Source: Candidatus Cloacimonadota bacterium
Lineage (GTDB): Bacteria; Cloacimonadota; Cloacimonadia; Cloacimonadales; WRIO01
Length of the DNA stretch: 49,915 bases
Direction: 5' to 3'
Assembly: GCA_029564175.1 (NCBI GenBank)
Contig: JAKQQL010000298.1
Coordinates: forward strand, 1 to 49,915
This document shows positions 8,551-17,310 of this stretch, piece after piece (the first letter of the stretch is position 1; each line of letters starts with the position of its first letter). The notes under the pieces were generated by a model. It was given only the letters and a program-made list of their open reading frames with translations. It was not told where the DNA came from and searched no databases. A program made the position numbers and the translations under genes.

Positions 8551-10656
8551 ATGGAAAAGAATTTAAACCAGAGCGTCCATCATGAAGATGAAAAAGGAAT
8601 GGAAAGCCAAAGTGAAACGATCAGAGTGAATCTGGGCTTACTGGATGAGCTAATGATCTATGCAGGGGAATTAGTTCTGGCCAGGAATCAACTTTTACGC
8701 TTAACGACAGACCTGACAAAGACAATACCAGGTTTGACCAATGTATTACAAGATATTGATATGACCACATCAATCATTCAGGAAAAAATCATGAATACCC
8801 GTATGCAACCTATTTCTCTGGTATTCAGCCGTTTTCCAAGGCTCTTACGTGATTTAACCATGAAAAACAACAAAAAGATAAAATTGGAATCAAGCGGTAA
8901 CGATGTAAATCTTGATAAATCAGTAGTAGAAAATCTTTATGATCCTTTAGCAATCATCATGCATTATTTAATTGAACATGACATGGAAAGTGCTGACGAG
9001 CGACGCAAAAATCATAAAGACGAAAGTGGTTTAATCAGCCTGAAAGCATATCAGGAAGGTGGAAAAGTCAATGTTGATATCATTTCAAATGGTATTGGAT
9101 TAAATACGGAGCATATTGTATTAAAAGCAGTTGAGTTAGGTTTTATAAAGTCTTCTGAAGCCGATCGTTATGGCAAAAAAGACATATTGAATCTATTGTT
9201 TCTACACAATTTTCTAACTTTTAATATGAAACTCGATGATGGAGAAGGTCATTACGGTCTCTATGATGCAAGAATTTTACTTGAAAAGATTGGCGGGTCC
9301 ATCAGTATAGACTCTGACACCAGCAATCATACGATAATCAACATTAAATTACCACTTACTTTAGTTATAATTCCATCAATCATTATTACTGTTGATTCTC
9401 TCAACTTTGCTATTCCACAGGTCTCCTTACAGGAAATCGTGAGACTAAGAGCCGATGATAAAGAACACCGAATTGAACAAGTAAACGATGCTCCTGTACT
9501 TCGCTTAAGAAATAAATTGCTCCCAATTCTATACCTCTATGAGGTGCTTAATATGCCTAAACCAGAAAATATTGATGATACGATACGTATTCTGGTAATG
9601 AAACATGATGAAAATGAATTTGGGTTAGTTGTAGATGAAATTTTTGATCATGAAGAAATCGTTGTTAAGACAATTCCACGTTTCTTTAAGAATTCAATGT
9701 GTTATGCAGGTACAACGATAATGGGAGATGGCAGTGTTGCATTGATTCTGGATATCGGAGGAGTAGCTAATAAAGGAAGACTCAACTTTACCGGCATGAA
9801 GGAACAACAACAAATACTCTCAGAAGATGAATTGGATAAAAAAATGCATGATGATATGCAAAACCTGCTATTGTTTGAAAATGCAAAAAACCAGTTCTTT
9901 GCGCTTAATCTTGACCTGATTAAACGAATAGAAAAAATCAAAAGTGCTGATATTGATCTGGTAGGAGATAAAGAATATATTGAACATGAAGGAAAAAGTC
10001 TTCATGTCATCAGACTGGAGCACTTCCTGCCAATTCAAACTCCTTCAGAAGACAGTGAAGAGTTGTATGTCATTATTCCAAAAGCGGTTGAAAATCCAAT
10101 TGGCGTCATAGTACGCAGAATTGTAGATTCTATTTCAGTTAATACAGAAATTGATTCTGAAAGTATTATTGCCAGAGGACTGATAGGATCAGCTCTGATT
10201 AAGAATGAATTAGTTCTCTTCCCTGATATTTATGAGCTGATAGAAATGGCTGAACCAGAGAAAATGCAACAATACAAAGTTAAAGATAAAAAGAAACAGA
10301 AGATATTGCTAGTAGAAGATACTCCGTTTTTCAGATCATTGGAAAAGAATTATTTAGAATCAGCTGGTTATGAAGTAGATATTGCGGTAGATGGAATGGA
10401 TGGTTTCAAAAAAGCAGGGAAGAAAAAGTATGACATGTACATAGTGGACATTATCATGCCACGAATGGATGGTTATCAGTTTGTTGAAGCAATTCGTAAA
10501 AATCCAGAATTAAAAGAAATACCCGCTCTGGCCTTAACCACACTAAGTAGTGAAGAAAGTAAAGCGAAAGCCTTTAACGCAGGCTTTAATGCCTATGAAA
10601 TCAAAATCCATAAAGATAAATTACTTGAGACTATCAAATCTTTATTAAAATCATAA
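8551..10656 (+). CDS. CheA-like protein lacking HPt (dimerisation-degenerate HATPase-CheW-CheW-REC)
   Basis: Starts at the P3 motif TIRVNLGLLDELMIYAGELVLARNQL; RMQPI..FSRFPR, LPLTL; N/G1/F/G2 boxes altered; C-terminal receiver ILLVED..DIIMPRMDG. Confidence 0.88.
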   Translation: MEKNLNQSVHHEDEKGMESQSETIRVNLGLLDELMIYAGELVLARNQLLRLTTDLTKTIPGLTNVLQDIDMTTSIIQEKIMNTRMQPISLVFSRFPRLLRDLTMKNNKKIKLESSGNDVNLDKSVVENLYDPLAIIMHYLIEHDMESADERRKNHKDESGLISLKAYQEGGKVNVDIISNGIGLNTEHIVLKAVELGFIKSSEADRYGKKDILNLLFLHNFLTFNMKLDDGEGHYGLYDARILLEKIGGSISIDSDTSNHTIINIKLPLTLVIIPSIIITVDSLNFAIPQVSLQEIVRLRADDKEHRIEQVNDAPVLRLRNKLLPILYLYEVLNMPKPENIDDTIRILVMKHDENEFGLVVDEIFDHEEIVVKTIPRFFKNSMCYAGTTIMGDGSVALILDIGGVANKGRLNFTGMKEQQQILSEDELDKKMHDDMQNLLLFENAKNQFFALNLDLIKRIEKIKSADIDLVGDKEYIEHEGKSLHVIRLEHFLPIQTPSEDSEELYVIIPKAVENPIGVIVRRIVDSISVNTEIDSESIIARGLIGSALIKNELVLFPDIYELIEMAEPEKMQQYKVKDKKKQKILLVEDTPFFRSLEKNYLESAGYEVDIAVDGMDGFKKAGKKKYDMYIVDIIMPRMDGYQFVEAIRKNPELKEIPALALTTLSSEESKAKAFNAGFNAYEIKIHKDKLLETIKSLLKS

Positions 10657-10666
10657 GGGAGGATAC

Positions 10667-11131
10667 ATGTTGCAATTAACCACATTTTACGTTGGAGACA
10701 CACTTTTTGGAGTAAATATCCTTCAGGTGAAAGAAATCAACAATCAGATGAAATACACGCCTGTTCCTGATTCAGCAAACTTTATCAAAGGGCTGTTTAA
10801 TCTTCGCGGTCAGATTATTACTATATTTGATCTGGCAAAAAGACTAGGAAGACCAGATACTGAAATTCAGGGTAAAACCAGAAATCTCATCCTAAAAACA
10901 GATATTGAAACCACTCTTATCAGAGACAAAAATAAGCTCGAAGAGATTGGGTCAGATGCAGTTGGTTTTATCATTGATAAAATTGGTGATGTAATTGAAA
11001 TAGATGAAAATGATATTCAACAAGCACCAGCAAATGTAGGAGATATTTCTAAAGAATTTATCAAAGGTGTAGTGGAATTAAAAAGTGATTTATTGATTTT
11101 ACTAAATGTTCAGGAAATTATAAAATTATAA
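10667..11131 (+). CDS. cheW: CheW adaptor
   Basis: FGVNILQVKEI, TPVPDSANFIKGLFNLRGQII, FIKGVV..LLILLNV. Confidence 0.93.
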   Translation: MLQLTTFYVGDTLFGVNILQVKEINNQMKYTPVPDSANFIKGLFNLRGQIITIFDLAKRLGRPDTEIQGKTRNLILKTDIETTLIRDKNKLEEIGSDAVGFIIDKIGDVIEIDENDIQQAPANVGDISKEFIKGVVELKSDLLILLNVQEIIKL

Positions 11132-11145
11132 CTCATCAGATTTTT

Positions 11146-11185
11146 AAATGCTTCGCTTATTTTAACCAAGCGAAGCATTTTCTTT
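11146..11185 (+). terminator. Intrinsic terminator after cheW
   Basis: 13-bp perfect stem aaatgcttcgctt / aagcgaagcattt followed by T-rich tail. Confidence 0.7.
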
Positions 11186-11229
11186 ATAGTTTAACTTAAG
11201 CACACAATTAGTGTCAGAAAGAGGTTAAA

Positions 11230-12306
11230 ATGTTGGATTTTATAGATAACGAATTAAAAGAAGAATTCTTTGACGAGTTTAAAGAGTTGGGTAGAGATGT
11301 TGAAGAATATCTGTTAAAATTAGAAAAAGAACCTGATAATAAAGAATACATTAGAGAATTATTCCGGCCATTTCATACAATTAAAGGAAATGCTGGCTTA
11401 ATTGGTGAAAAAGAAATACAGTCTGTCAGTCAGCTGGCAGAATCTATACTTGATGAAGTCCGACAAGGCAGACAAAAATTAAGTCAGGAAATGCTGGATG
11501 TATGCCTACACGCTATTGATGTAATTAAAGAGATCTCAGTCTTGAGAGACCCAAAAGCTTTGAGTAATGAGATTGAAAAGGTCATGAAGGAATTACAGAA
11601 TGTATTAAACAACCTTAATAAAAATAAAGAGAGAACAACAGATACTCAAAAAGTGAAACAAAAGTCATATACACAAATTTTGAATTTAAATCAAGACAAA
11701 GTAAAAAGAATAATCAAAGCGTTAAAAAAACTAGATACTTATATTGAACAAATGAAATTGAAAAGAGATTTTGCATGGTTTTTGCCTGATACTTTTGATG
11801 CTGTACTTGACATCTCTTCTGATACACCTAAAACTCGTACAATACAACAAATAAACGGCATTTTGGATTATCTTGAAATTTATTTAACAGCTCTTAATCT
11901 GGAAGATGTTATTCTTTATACTCCCGAGAAATGGGAGCTTCTCAATAAAATGAGAAATGATCTTCTGTTTCAGTTTTTTCCTCTCTGCCTTGAAAGTCTA
12001 AATGTTAAAATATTATACTTTAATGAAGATGATCCTGTCCAAGAAATGCTTCAGGAGACAGAAATGATGTTTTCTAAAGAAGTTAATTTCGTTATTATCA
12101 ATCTAAACATCCACAGAACACCTGGACAAGAAGATATTCAAATGCTTTTTTCTCTCTCAGAAAAATATAAAACAAAAATACTATTTGTTCAGAGATATTT
12201 AGGACAAAAAGAATTATGGCATTCACTCAGTTTGCTAATGGACAATACACCTGTAATTTATAAAAACTTTTGGATGGCATTGTACCAAATAGCTGAAAAT
12301 GACTAA
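11230..12306 (+). CDS. CheA-type HPt domain protein with helical middle and STAS-like C-terminus
   Basis: EEFFDE..EEYLLKLEKEP..IRELFRPFHTIKGNAG is a CheA P1 with the phospho-His; C-terminal FVIINL..LFSL..KILFV..IYKN..AL pattern resembles STAS. Confidence 0.75.
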   Translation: MLDFIDNELKEEFFDEFKELGRDVEEYLLKLEKEPDNKEYIRELFRPFHTIKGNAGLIGEKEIQSVSQLAESILDEVRQGRQKLSQEMLDVCLHAIDVIKEISVLRDPKALSNEIEKVMKELQNVLNNLNKNKERTTDTQKVKQKSYTQILNLNQDKVKRIIKALKKLDTYIEQMKLKRDFAWFLPDTFDAVLDISSDTPKTRTIQQINGILDYLEIYLTALNLEDVILYTPEKWELLNKMRNDLLFQFFPLCLESLNVKILYFNEDDPVQEMLQETEMMFSKEVNFVIINLNIHRTPGQEDIQMLFSLSEKYKTKILFVQRYLGQKELWHSLSLLMDNTPVIYKNFWMALYQIAEND

Positions 12307-12349
12307 TGTTTTAATTTCTCAGTTCGATAATGATTATAAGGAGGATCGA

Positions 12350-12820
12350 ATGAAAAAGATTTTACTATTAATTCTGCTGATTCAAATCAGTTGTTTAATG
12401 GCAAATAGAAGTGCAAGTGCAGTGGTTCATTTCAATGTACCCGATATTCAACAGATTATTTTGGGAGAAGCTAATTTGTCCATGAACCTGGCTTACTCTG
12501 GAAATACTCAAAGTCTTTATGATCCTGTTATCTTAAATAGCACTTACAGCATTGTCTCCACTGGAAATTTTAAACAGCTGGTAGCCCAAATCAATCAGAA
12601 TATGCCTGCTAACACTAGTCTGGAAGTGAAAGCTGAAGCTCCTGTTAATGCAGTCAGTTTGGGTTATGTGCCATTGTCGGTTGCACCCAATCCTGTAGTA
12701 ACCAATATCAGCAATGTGAACCAACAAAATTTATTGATTTATTACAGATTAAAAGCCAATCTGGGAGCTCCTGTATCTGTAAACGAAAACAGAATTGTAA
12801 CTTTTACCATTATGGATTGA
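12350..12820 (+). CDS. Secreted beta-rich protein, putative donor-strand pilin subunit
   Basis: AGGAGG then ATG 12350; signal peptide MKKILLLILL..LMA; alternating N-terminal strand ASAVVHFNV; C-terminal VTFTI strand. Confidence 0.5.
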   Translation: MKKILLLILLIQISCLMANRSASAVVHFNVPDIQQIILGEANLSMNLAYSGNTQSLYDPVILNSTYSIVSTGNFKQLVAQINQNMPANTSLEVKAEAPVNAVSLGYVPLSVAPNPVVTNISNVNQQNLLIYYRLKANLGAPVSVNENRIVTFTIMD

Positions 12821-12823
12821 TGA

Positions 12824-13597
12824 ATGAGAGTTTTTCTAACTGTTCTTCTGCTGATATTAACAATCCCCATTTTTGCAAACTGGTCAGTAACAGGAGATTT
12901 GACTCATTATGATGTTGTTAATCCAGGTCAGAAATTAAGTAAATCCATAACCATATCCAACCACTCTGAAGAGAATCTGACTTTAATCATCAAACAGGCA
13001 GATTATGCCTTTAACTCAGAAGGCAATATCTGGTTTGTAGAAGCGGGGAAACTTACCCGCTCTAATGCATCATGGATTAGTTTTTCATCTCAGGAAATCA
13101 ATATTCTTCCCAATAGCCAGATCATTTTTTCCTACAATGTAAAAATACCAGACAATGATGATTTAAACGGATCATACTGGTCATTGATTCTCATTCAGGA
13201 AGGTAAGATTGAAAATTTAAATCCCTCTCAAAAAGATTTAAATCTACAGATTAATCAAAGATATGCTATCCAATCTATTCAGCAAATTGGTAATACAGGT
13301 CATTTTGATATTCAGTTTTTAGATGCAGAATATCAGAAAAAAAACAATGAACTCCATTTAACCGTTAAAAACAATGGAGAAAGATGGACAAATCCAGGTG
13401 TTTGGGTAGAATTATACGATTCTGAAGGAAATAAAACTGGTAAATTCTACGCAAAAAGCCACAAATTATACCCTCAGACATCATTTACCTATAAGATTCC
13501 CCTAATCCCCTTAACTCAAAAAAAATACTACGTGATTACGGTCGTTGATTGTGGAGAAAATAAAGTTTTTGGTTCGCAATATACCATTGAAAACTAA
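12824..13597 (+). CDS. Secreted two-Ig-domain protein, putative pilus chaperone-like
   Basis: Signal peptide; PGQ..SITISN..., I.PNS..F.YNV.IP...GSYWSLI, VKNNGE..LYP patterns as in PapD-like/Fn3-like folds. Confidence 0.5.
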   Translation: MRVFLTVLLLILTIPIFANWSVTGDLTHYDVVNPGQKLSKSITISNHSEENLTLIIKQADYAFNSEGNIWFVEAGKLTRSNASWISFSSQEINILPNSQIIFSYNVKIPDNDDLNGSYWSLILIQEGKIENLNPSQKDLNLQINQRYAIQSIQQIGNTGHFDIQFLDAEYQKKNNELHLTVKNNGERWTNPGVWVELYDSEGNKTGKFYAKSHKLYPQTSFTYKIPLIPLTQKKYYVITVVDCGENKVFGSQYTIEN

Positions 13598-16457
13598 CCT
13601 GATATTACTATTCATCATTTGTCTTGTTTATCAGTTGTTTTCTTCAGATTTTCAGATTACTGCACAAAAAAACATTTATTTCAGCATTAAAGAAATCAAT
13701 AATTTGCAGTTAAAAGTAAAAAACATCAGCGACAATCAGATAACTGTCCTGCCTGATTTTATCCCTAACCAATCCTTTTCAGTGATAACCCCCCTTGAAC
13801 CATTGATTTTTTCACCTGGTGAAGAGAAATTTCTTTATTACAGTTTTTTGGTAGAAAACACTCAGAATTCACAAAATTTTTCACTTCCTTTTATTCTAAG
13901 AAACAGTTTTGGAAAAGAAATCCACAGAGAATTTATCCAGATAAAAATAAATCCTTATACCAGTTTTAAAGCCAGACTCATTAAGCCTCAAGAACCGATA
14001 GCCGATAATAAGGAAAAGTTTATTGATCTTGTTATCGAAAATGAGAGTAATATCCCCTGTATTGGAGAAATCAGAAGCAATCAATCTGAATCAAAACGTG
14101 GAATTAATCCATCATCTCAAACGGATATATTGAGATACAATAAAACGTTTAATCTACAGCCTGGCCAAACAGATACGCTAAGTATTAGCAGTTATTCATT
14201 TACACCCTTTAATTCTTATTTAAATGCTGATATTTCGATTCATTATTCTCTTATTTACTCGGATTCTGTAGTAACTGCCACTCATCATATAGTTGAATTT
14301 ATTCCGTATTATCGGATTTATCAACCAGATTTAAAACGTTTTCATGATTTACCTGCATTTATATCTAGCAAAATTCAGAAAGAAGATTTTAATAATCATA
14401 CAGAATGGAAACACTGGCTCTCTTTTTGGGGATACGGATATCTAAAGCATATTGAGACTGAGTGTGATACACAAAATTATTCTCAAACAGGTAACACTCC
14501 TCCAAAAAACTATGTAAGCTGGTATTTAAAAAAGCAGAATGGCCGTTTACTCAATCAATGGGCAGATCATGATGAATATCAAATCAGTATCAGAAATGAA
14601 AAAGTAAGTACTGTTTTTGGCAAAACAGTATATGAGCAGAGTAAACTCTTGGGAAATCATTATGGTGATGGTTTTGAAAGTCAATATTTCTTTGATAAAA
14701 AAGCCATCTCTTATCTTTTTGTTAAAGACTACTACAGAGATCAAAACACATATTCAACTTTTTCTTTTTCTCTTTTAAAAAATCAATACCTGGCTGATAA
14801 TGAAGACAGAAAATTCCTCAGCCTGTCTATTCAAACAAAACGGTCTGATTTCTCCTGGTCTGGTTTAGCTGGTAAAAATACAGTTAAAACAACAGATAAT
14901 GATAAACTCCTTACTCAGCTATCATTTTATTTACTTCCTAATCTCCATTACAAAAATGAATTGTTGTGGTTTAGAAATAATGATAAAATCAATATTCAAA
15001 GTCCTCTGATGTACAATGAGTTAAGCTTTACAATACCAAATACCCACATGGATATAAAAAGTCTGTATCAATCTGAAAAAGTAACCGGTGAATACGATCA
15101 CCAAAAGTCATACGAAGTTAATTTATCCCATCGTTCTTTGAATTCTGTGTCTGTCTCTGCAGGATTTAGATTCAGTGATGAAAAGTCTGACTACTCCTGG
15201 TCATTTCCATTCAGACAAATGTATCAGTCTCATTATTTGAAACCTAAAGTTCGATTATGGAAGAAATTATATGCAATAAGCGATATTAACTATTATAGAT
15301 TTGAAAGCAGTAATCGAAACTACAATTCTCAAGATGAGACTATCTTAGGTGGATTAGCATTAGATTTTAATCATATTTATATCGAATCTCAAGCTGGAAA
15401 AAGAGAGTATAACTACAGCCAGATAAAAAAAAATGAGAATATAATCCGATTTAATCTAAGATATTTATATTCTAATAAACTAATGATACTGTTTGATACC
15501 AAAAGCACAAATTATCAAAACAAGTATGATTTTAATCAATTTTTAACTATGGAAATCATTCCACTAAATCAGATAAAGACAAGTATTTCTTTACAAAATT
15601 ACCAGTATCAGAGCAAACACTGGCAAGATCTTTTTATTGGAGAAGGCAATATCAGCTATACACTCAATAATCATCACCAAATACTATTAACAGGCAAGTA
15701 TTTCGATTTTGTAAACAATAGAAAACAAAACAGATATTCTCTTTCTTTTGAATATATCATCCCATTCAGAATGCCAGTTTATCCAAAGCAAAAATTATCA
15801 GATTTAAGAATTAGTGTTAGAGACCCATATCTTAATAAACCTTTAAAAAATTTACTTATCAAATCAAATCATCTTTATGCGATTACTGATGATTTTGGAC
15901 GTGCAGAATTTTTAAATATCCCTCAGGGTGAATACCTGATATCTGCTGTTAATCAGGGTAAAGATTACATTTTCAGTCCAGCGATGCCAGAAAAGATAAC
16001 ACTTCACAAAAAAGAAGTCTTAGAAAAATCATATCAGTTAAACAAACCAGCTGAAATTCATGTCCAGATTATTCTCAAAGAAAATATTCCTCTTCAGATG
16101 AATAACAAAGTATTAAATCAAAATGTTCTGTTCTCTGAGAATGATCTAATCATCCAACAAATTGATAAAAGTAGTGATAAATCCAAAGGCATTTTATTTG
16201 TTCTTCAAAATGAGGACACTAAAATTGTCAAAGAAACTGACAGAAATGGGCAGTTAATATTTGATCATGTTGCTGAAGGTTTGTGGAAAATATATCCCTT
16301 AAAACAGAGTATTCCGACTGATTATCATTTCATCAGTGAAGAAATAGAAATTGAAGTTTTAGCAGATAAAAAATACAATTATAAGTTTGAGTTAGTACCC
16401 TCATCCATTTCTTTTGAATCCTTTTCAAATGGTGGTAAAGTCAAAATAAAAGACTAA
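13587..16457 (+). CDS. Large exported protein, putative outer-membrane usher-like beta-barrel with N-terminal Ig and C-terminal prealbumin-like domains
   Basis: Signal-like N-terminus from TTG 13587 (ORF open from 13545); long aromatic amphipathic beta-strand region; ITDDFGRAEF.NIP.GEY and TDRNGQ..F..V..G repeats. Confidence 0.45.
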   Translation: MKTNLILLFIICLVYQLFSSDFQITAQKNIYFSIKEINNLQLKVKNISDNQITVLPDFIPNQSFSVITPLEPLIFSPGEEKFLYYSFLVENTQNSQNFSLPFILRNSFGKEIHREFIQIKINPYTSFKARLIKPQEPIADNKEKFIDLVIENESNIPCIGEIRSNQSESKRGINPSSQTDILRYNKTFNLQPGQTDTLSISSYSFTPFNSYLNADISIHYSLIYSDSVVTATHHIVEFIPYYRIYQPDLKRFHDLPAFISSKIQKEDFNNHTEWKHWLSFWGYGYLKHIETECDTQNYSQTGNTPPKNYVSWYLKKQNGRLLNQWADHDEYQISIRNEKVSTVFGKTVYEQSKLLGNHYGDGFESQYFFDKKAISYLFVKDYYRDQNTYSTFSFSLLKNQYLADNEDRKFLSLSIQTKRSDFSWSGLAGKNTVKTTDNDKLLTQLSFYLLPNLHYKNELLWFRNNDKINIQSPLMYNELSFTIPNTHMDIKSLYQSEKVTGEYDHQKSYEVNLSHRSLNSVSVSAGFRFSDEKSDYSWSFPFRQMYQSHYLKPKVRLWKKLYAISDINYYRFESSNRNYNSQDETILGGLALDFNHIYIESQAGKREYNYSQIKKNENIIRFNLRYLYSNKLMILFDTKSTNYQNKYDFNQFLTMEIIPLNQIKTSISLQNYQYQSKHWQDLFIGEGNISYTLNNHHQILLTGKYFDFVNNRKQNRYSLSFEYIIPFRMPVYPKQKLSDLRISVRDPYLNKPLKNLLIKSNHLYAITDDFGRAEFLNIPQGEYLISAVNQGKDYIFSPAMPEKITLHKKEVLEKSYQLNKPAEIHVQIILKENIPLQMNNKVLNQNVLFSENDLIIQQIDKSSDKSKGILFVLQNEDTKIVKETDRNGQLIFDHVAEGLWKIYPLKQSIPTDYHFISEEIEIEVLADKKYNYKFELVPSSISFESFSNGGKVKIKD

Positions 16458-16512
16458 ATCAGTTTTTTCTTGACGAATAGCTTATATTGAAAAAAAAATG
16501 GATTATCAGATT

Positions 16513-16536
16513 GTAATGCAAGCATTTTGCTTGTAG
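16513..16536 (+). repeat. REP-like palindrome (family 1)
   Basis: gtaatgcaagcattttgcttgtag, 21/24 identical to gtactacaagcatcttgcttgtag at 42123. Confidence 0.7.
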
Positions 16537-16560
16537 AACTGTTTAAATAAAGAAGGTAAT

Positions 16561-17298
16561 ATGAAAGCAATTATACTTGCAGCAGGCAGAGGAATGAGAC
16601 TTAATCAGGGTAGATCAAGCATTCCAAAATCAATGGAACTGATTGGCAATCAGAGCATAATTCATTATCAGATAGAACAGTGTTTAAACTTGGGTATCAA
16701 AAAATTTGTGGTTGTTGTCGGTTTTGAAAAAGTAACATTAACCCAGCATGTGTTAAAAATGGTTAACAGCTCACAAGTGCATTTTGTGGAAAACCCACTT
16801 TATGAAAATACAAATACACTTTATTCTTTGTATCTCGCAGGCAAGTATTTTTCTGAAGATTTCATCTATTTTAATGCAGATGTATTGTTTCATCCTGAAT
16901 TATTAAAAAAAATAGTGAATGATAATCAACAGACCGAACTGTTGATTGAGAAAAAAAAGTGTGGTGAAGAAGAAGTTAAAGTAGCCATAGAAGATGATCG
17001 TATTATAGAAATAAACAAACAGGTCTCACTTGACAAAGCAGCAGGTGAATTTATAGGTATTGGTAAATTTGCAAAACATGATCTGCCTGCTTTTTTTGAA
17101 GCATTAGAATTAGGCGCTTTAACCGGTCAGCATAATAATTATTTTGAATATGCTGTAAATATGATAAGCTCATTTTGTTTTTTACACCCAGTATATACAG
17201 ATGGCTTACCTTGTATTGAAATAGACTTCCAGGAAGACTTAAAAAAAGCCAGAGATGTCATATATCCTCAGATTCAGTCATATCTGAACAATAAATAA
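16561..17298 (+). CDS. NTP-transferase of the phosphocholine cytidylyltransferase (LicC-like) family
   Basis: AIILAAGRGMRL..PK, NPLYENTNTLYSL, NADV, GEFIGI, EIDFQEDL. Confidence 0.8.
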   Translation: MKAIILAAGRGMRLNQGRSSIPKSMELIGNQSIIHYQIEQCLNLGIKKFVVVVGFEKVTLTQHVLKMVNSSQVHFVENPLYENTNTLYSLYLAGKYFSEDFIYFNADVLFHPELLKKIVNDNQQTELLIEKKKCGEEEVKVAIEDDRIIEINKQVSLDKAAGEFIGIGKFAKHDLPAFFEALELGALTGQHNNYFEYAVNMISSFCFLHPVYTDGLPCIEIDFQEDLKKARDVIYPQIQSYLNNK

Positions 17299-17310
17299 TT
17301 TGGATTTTCA

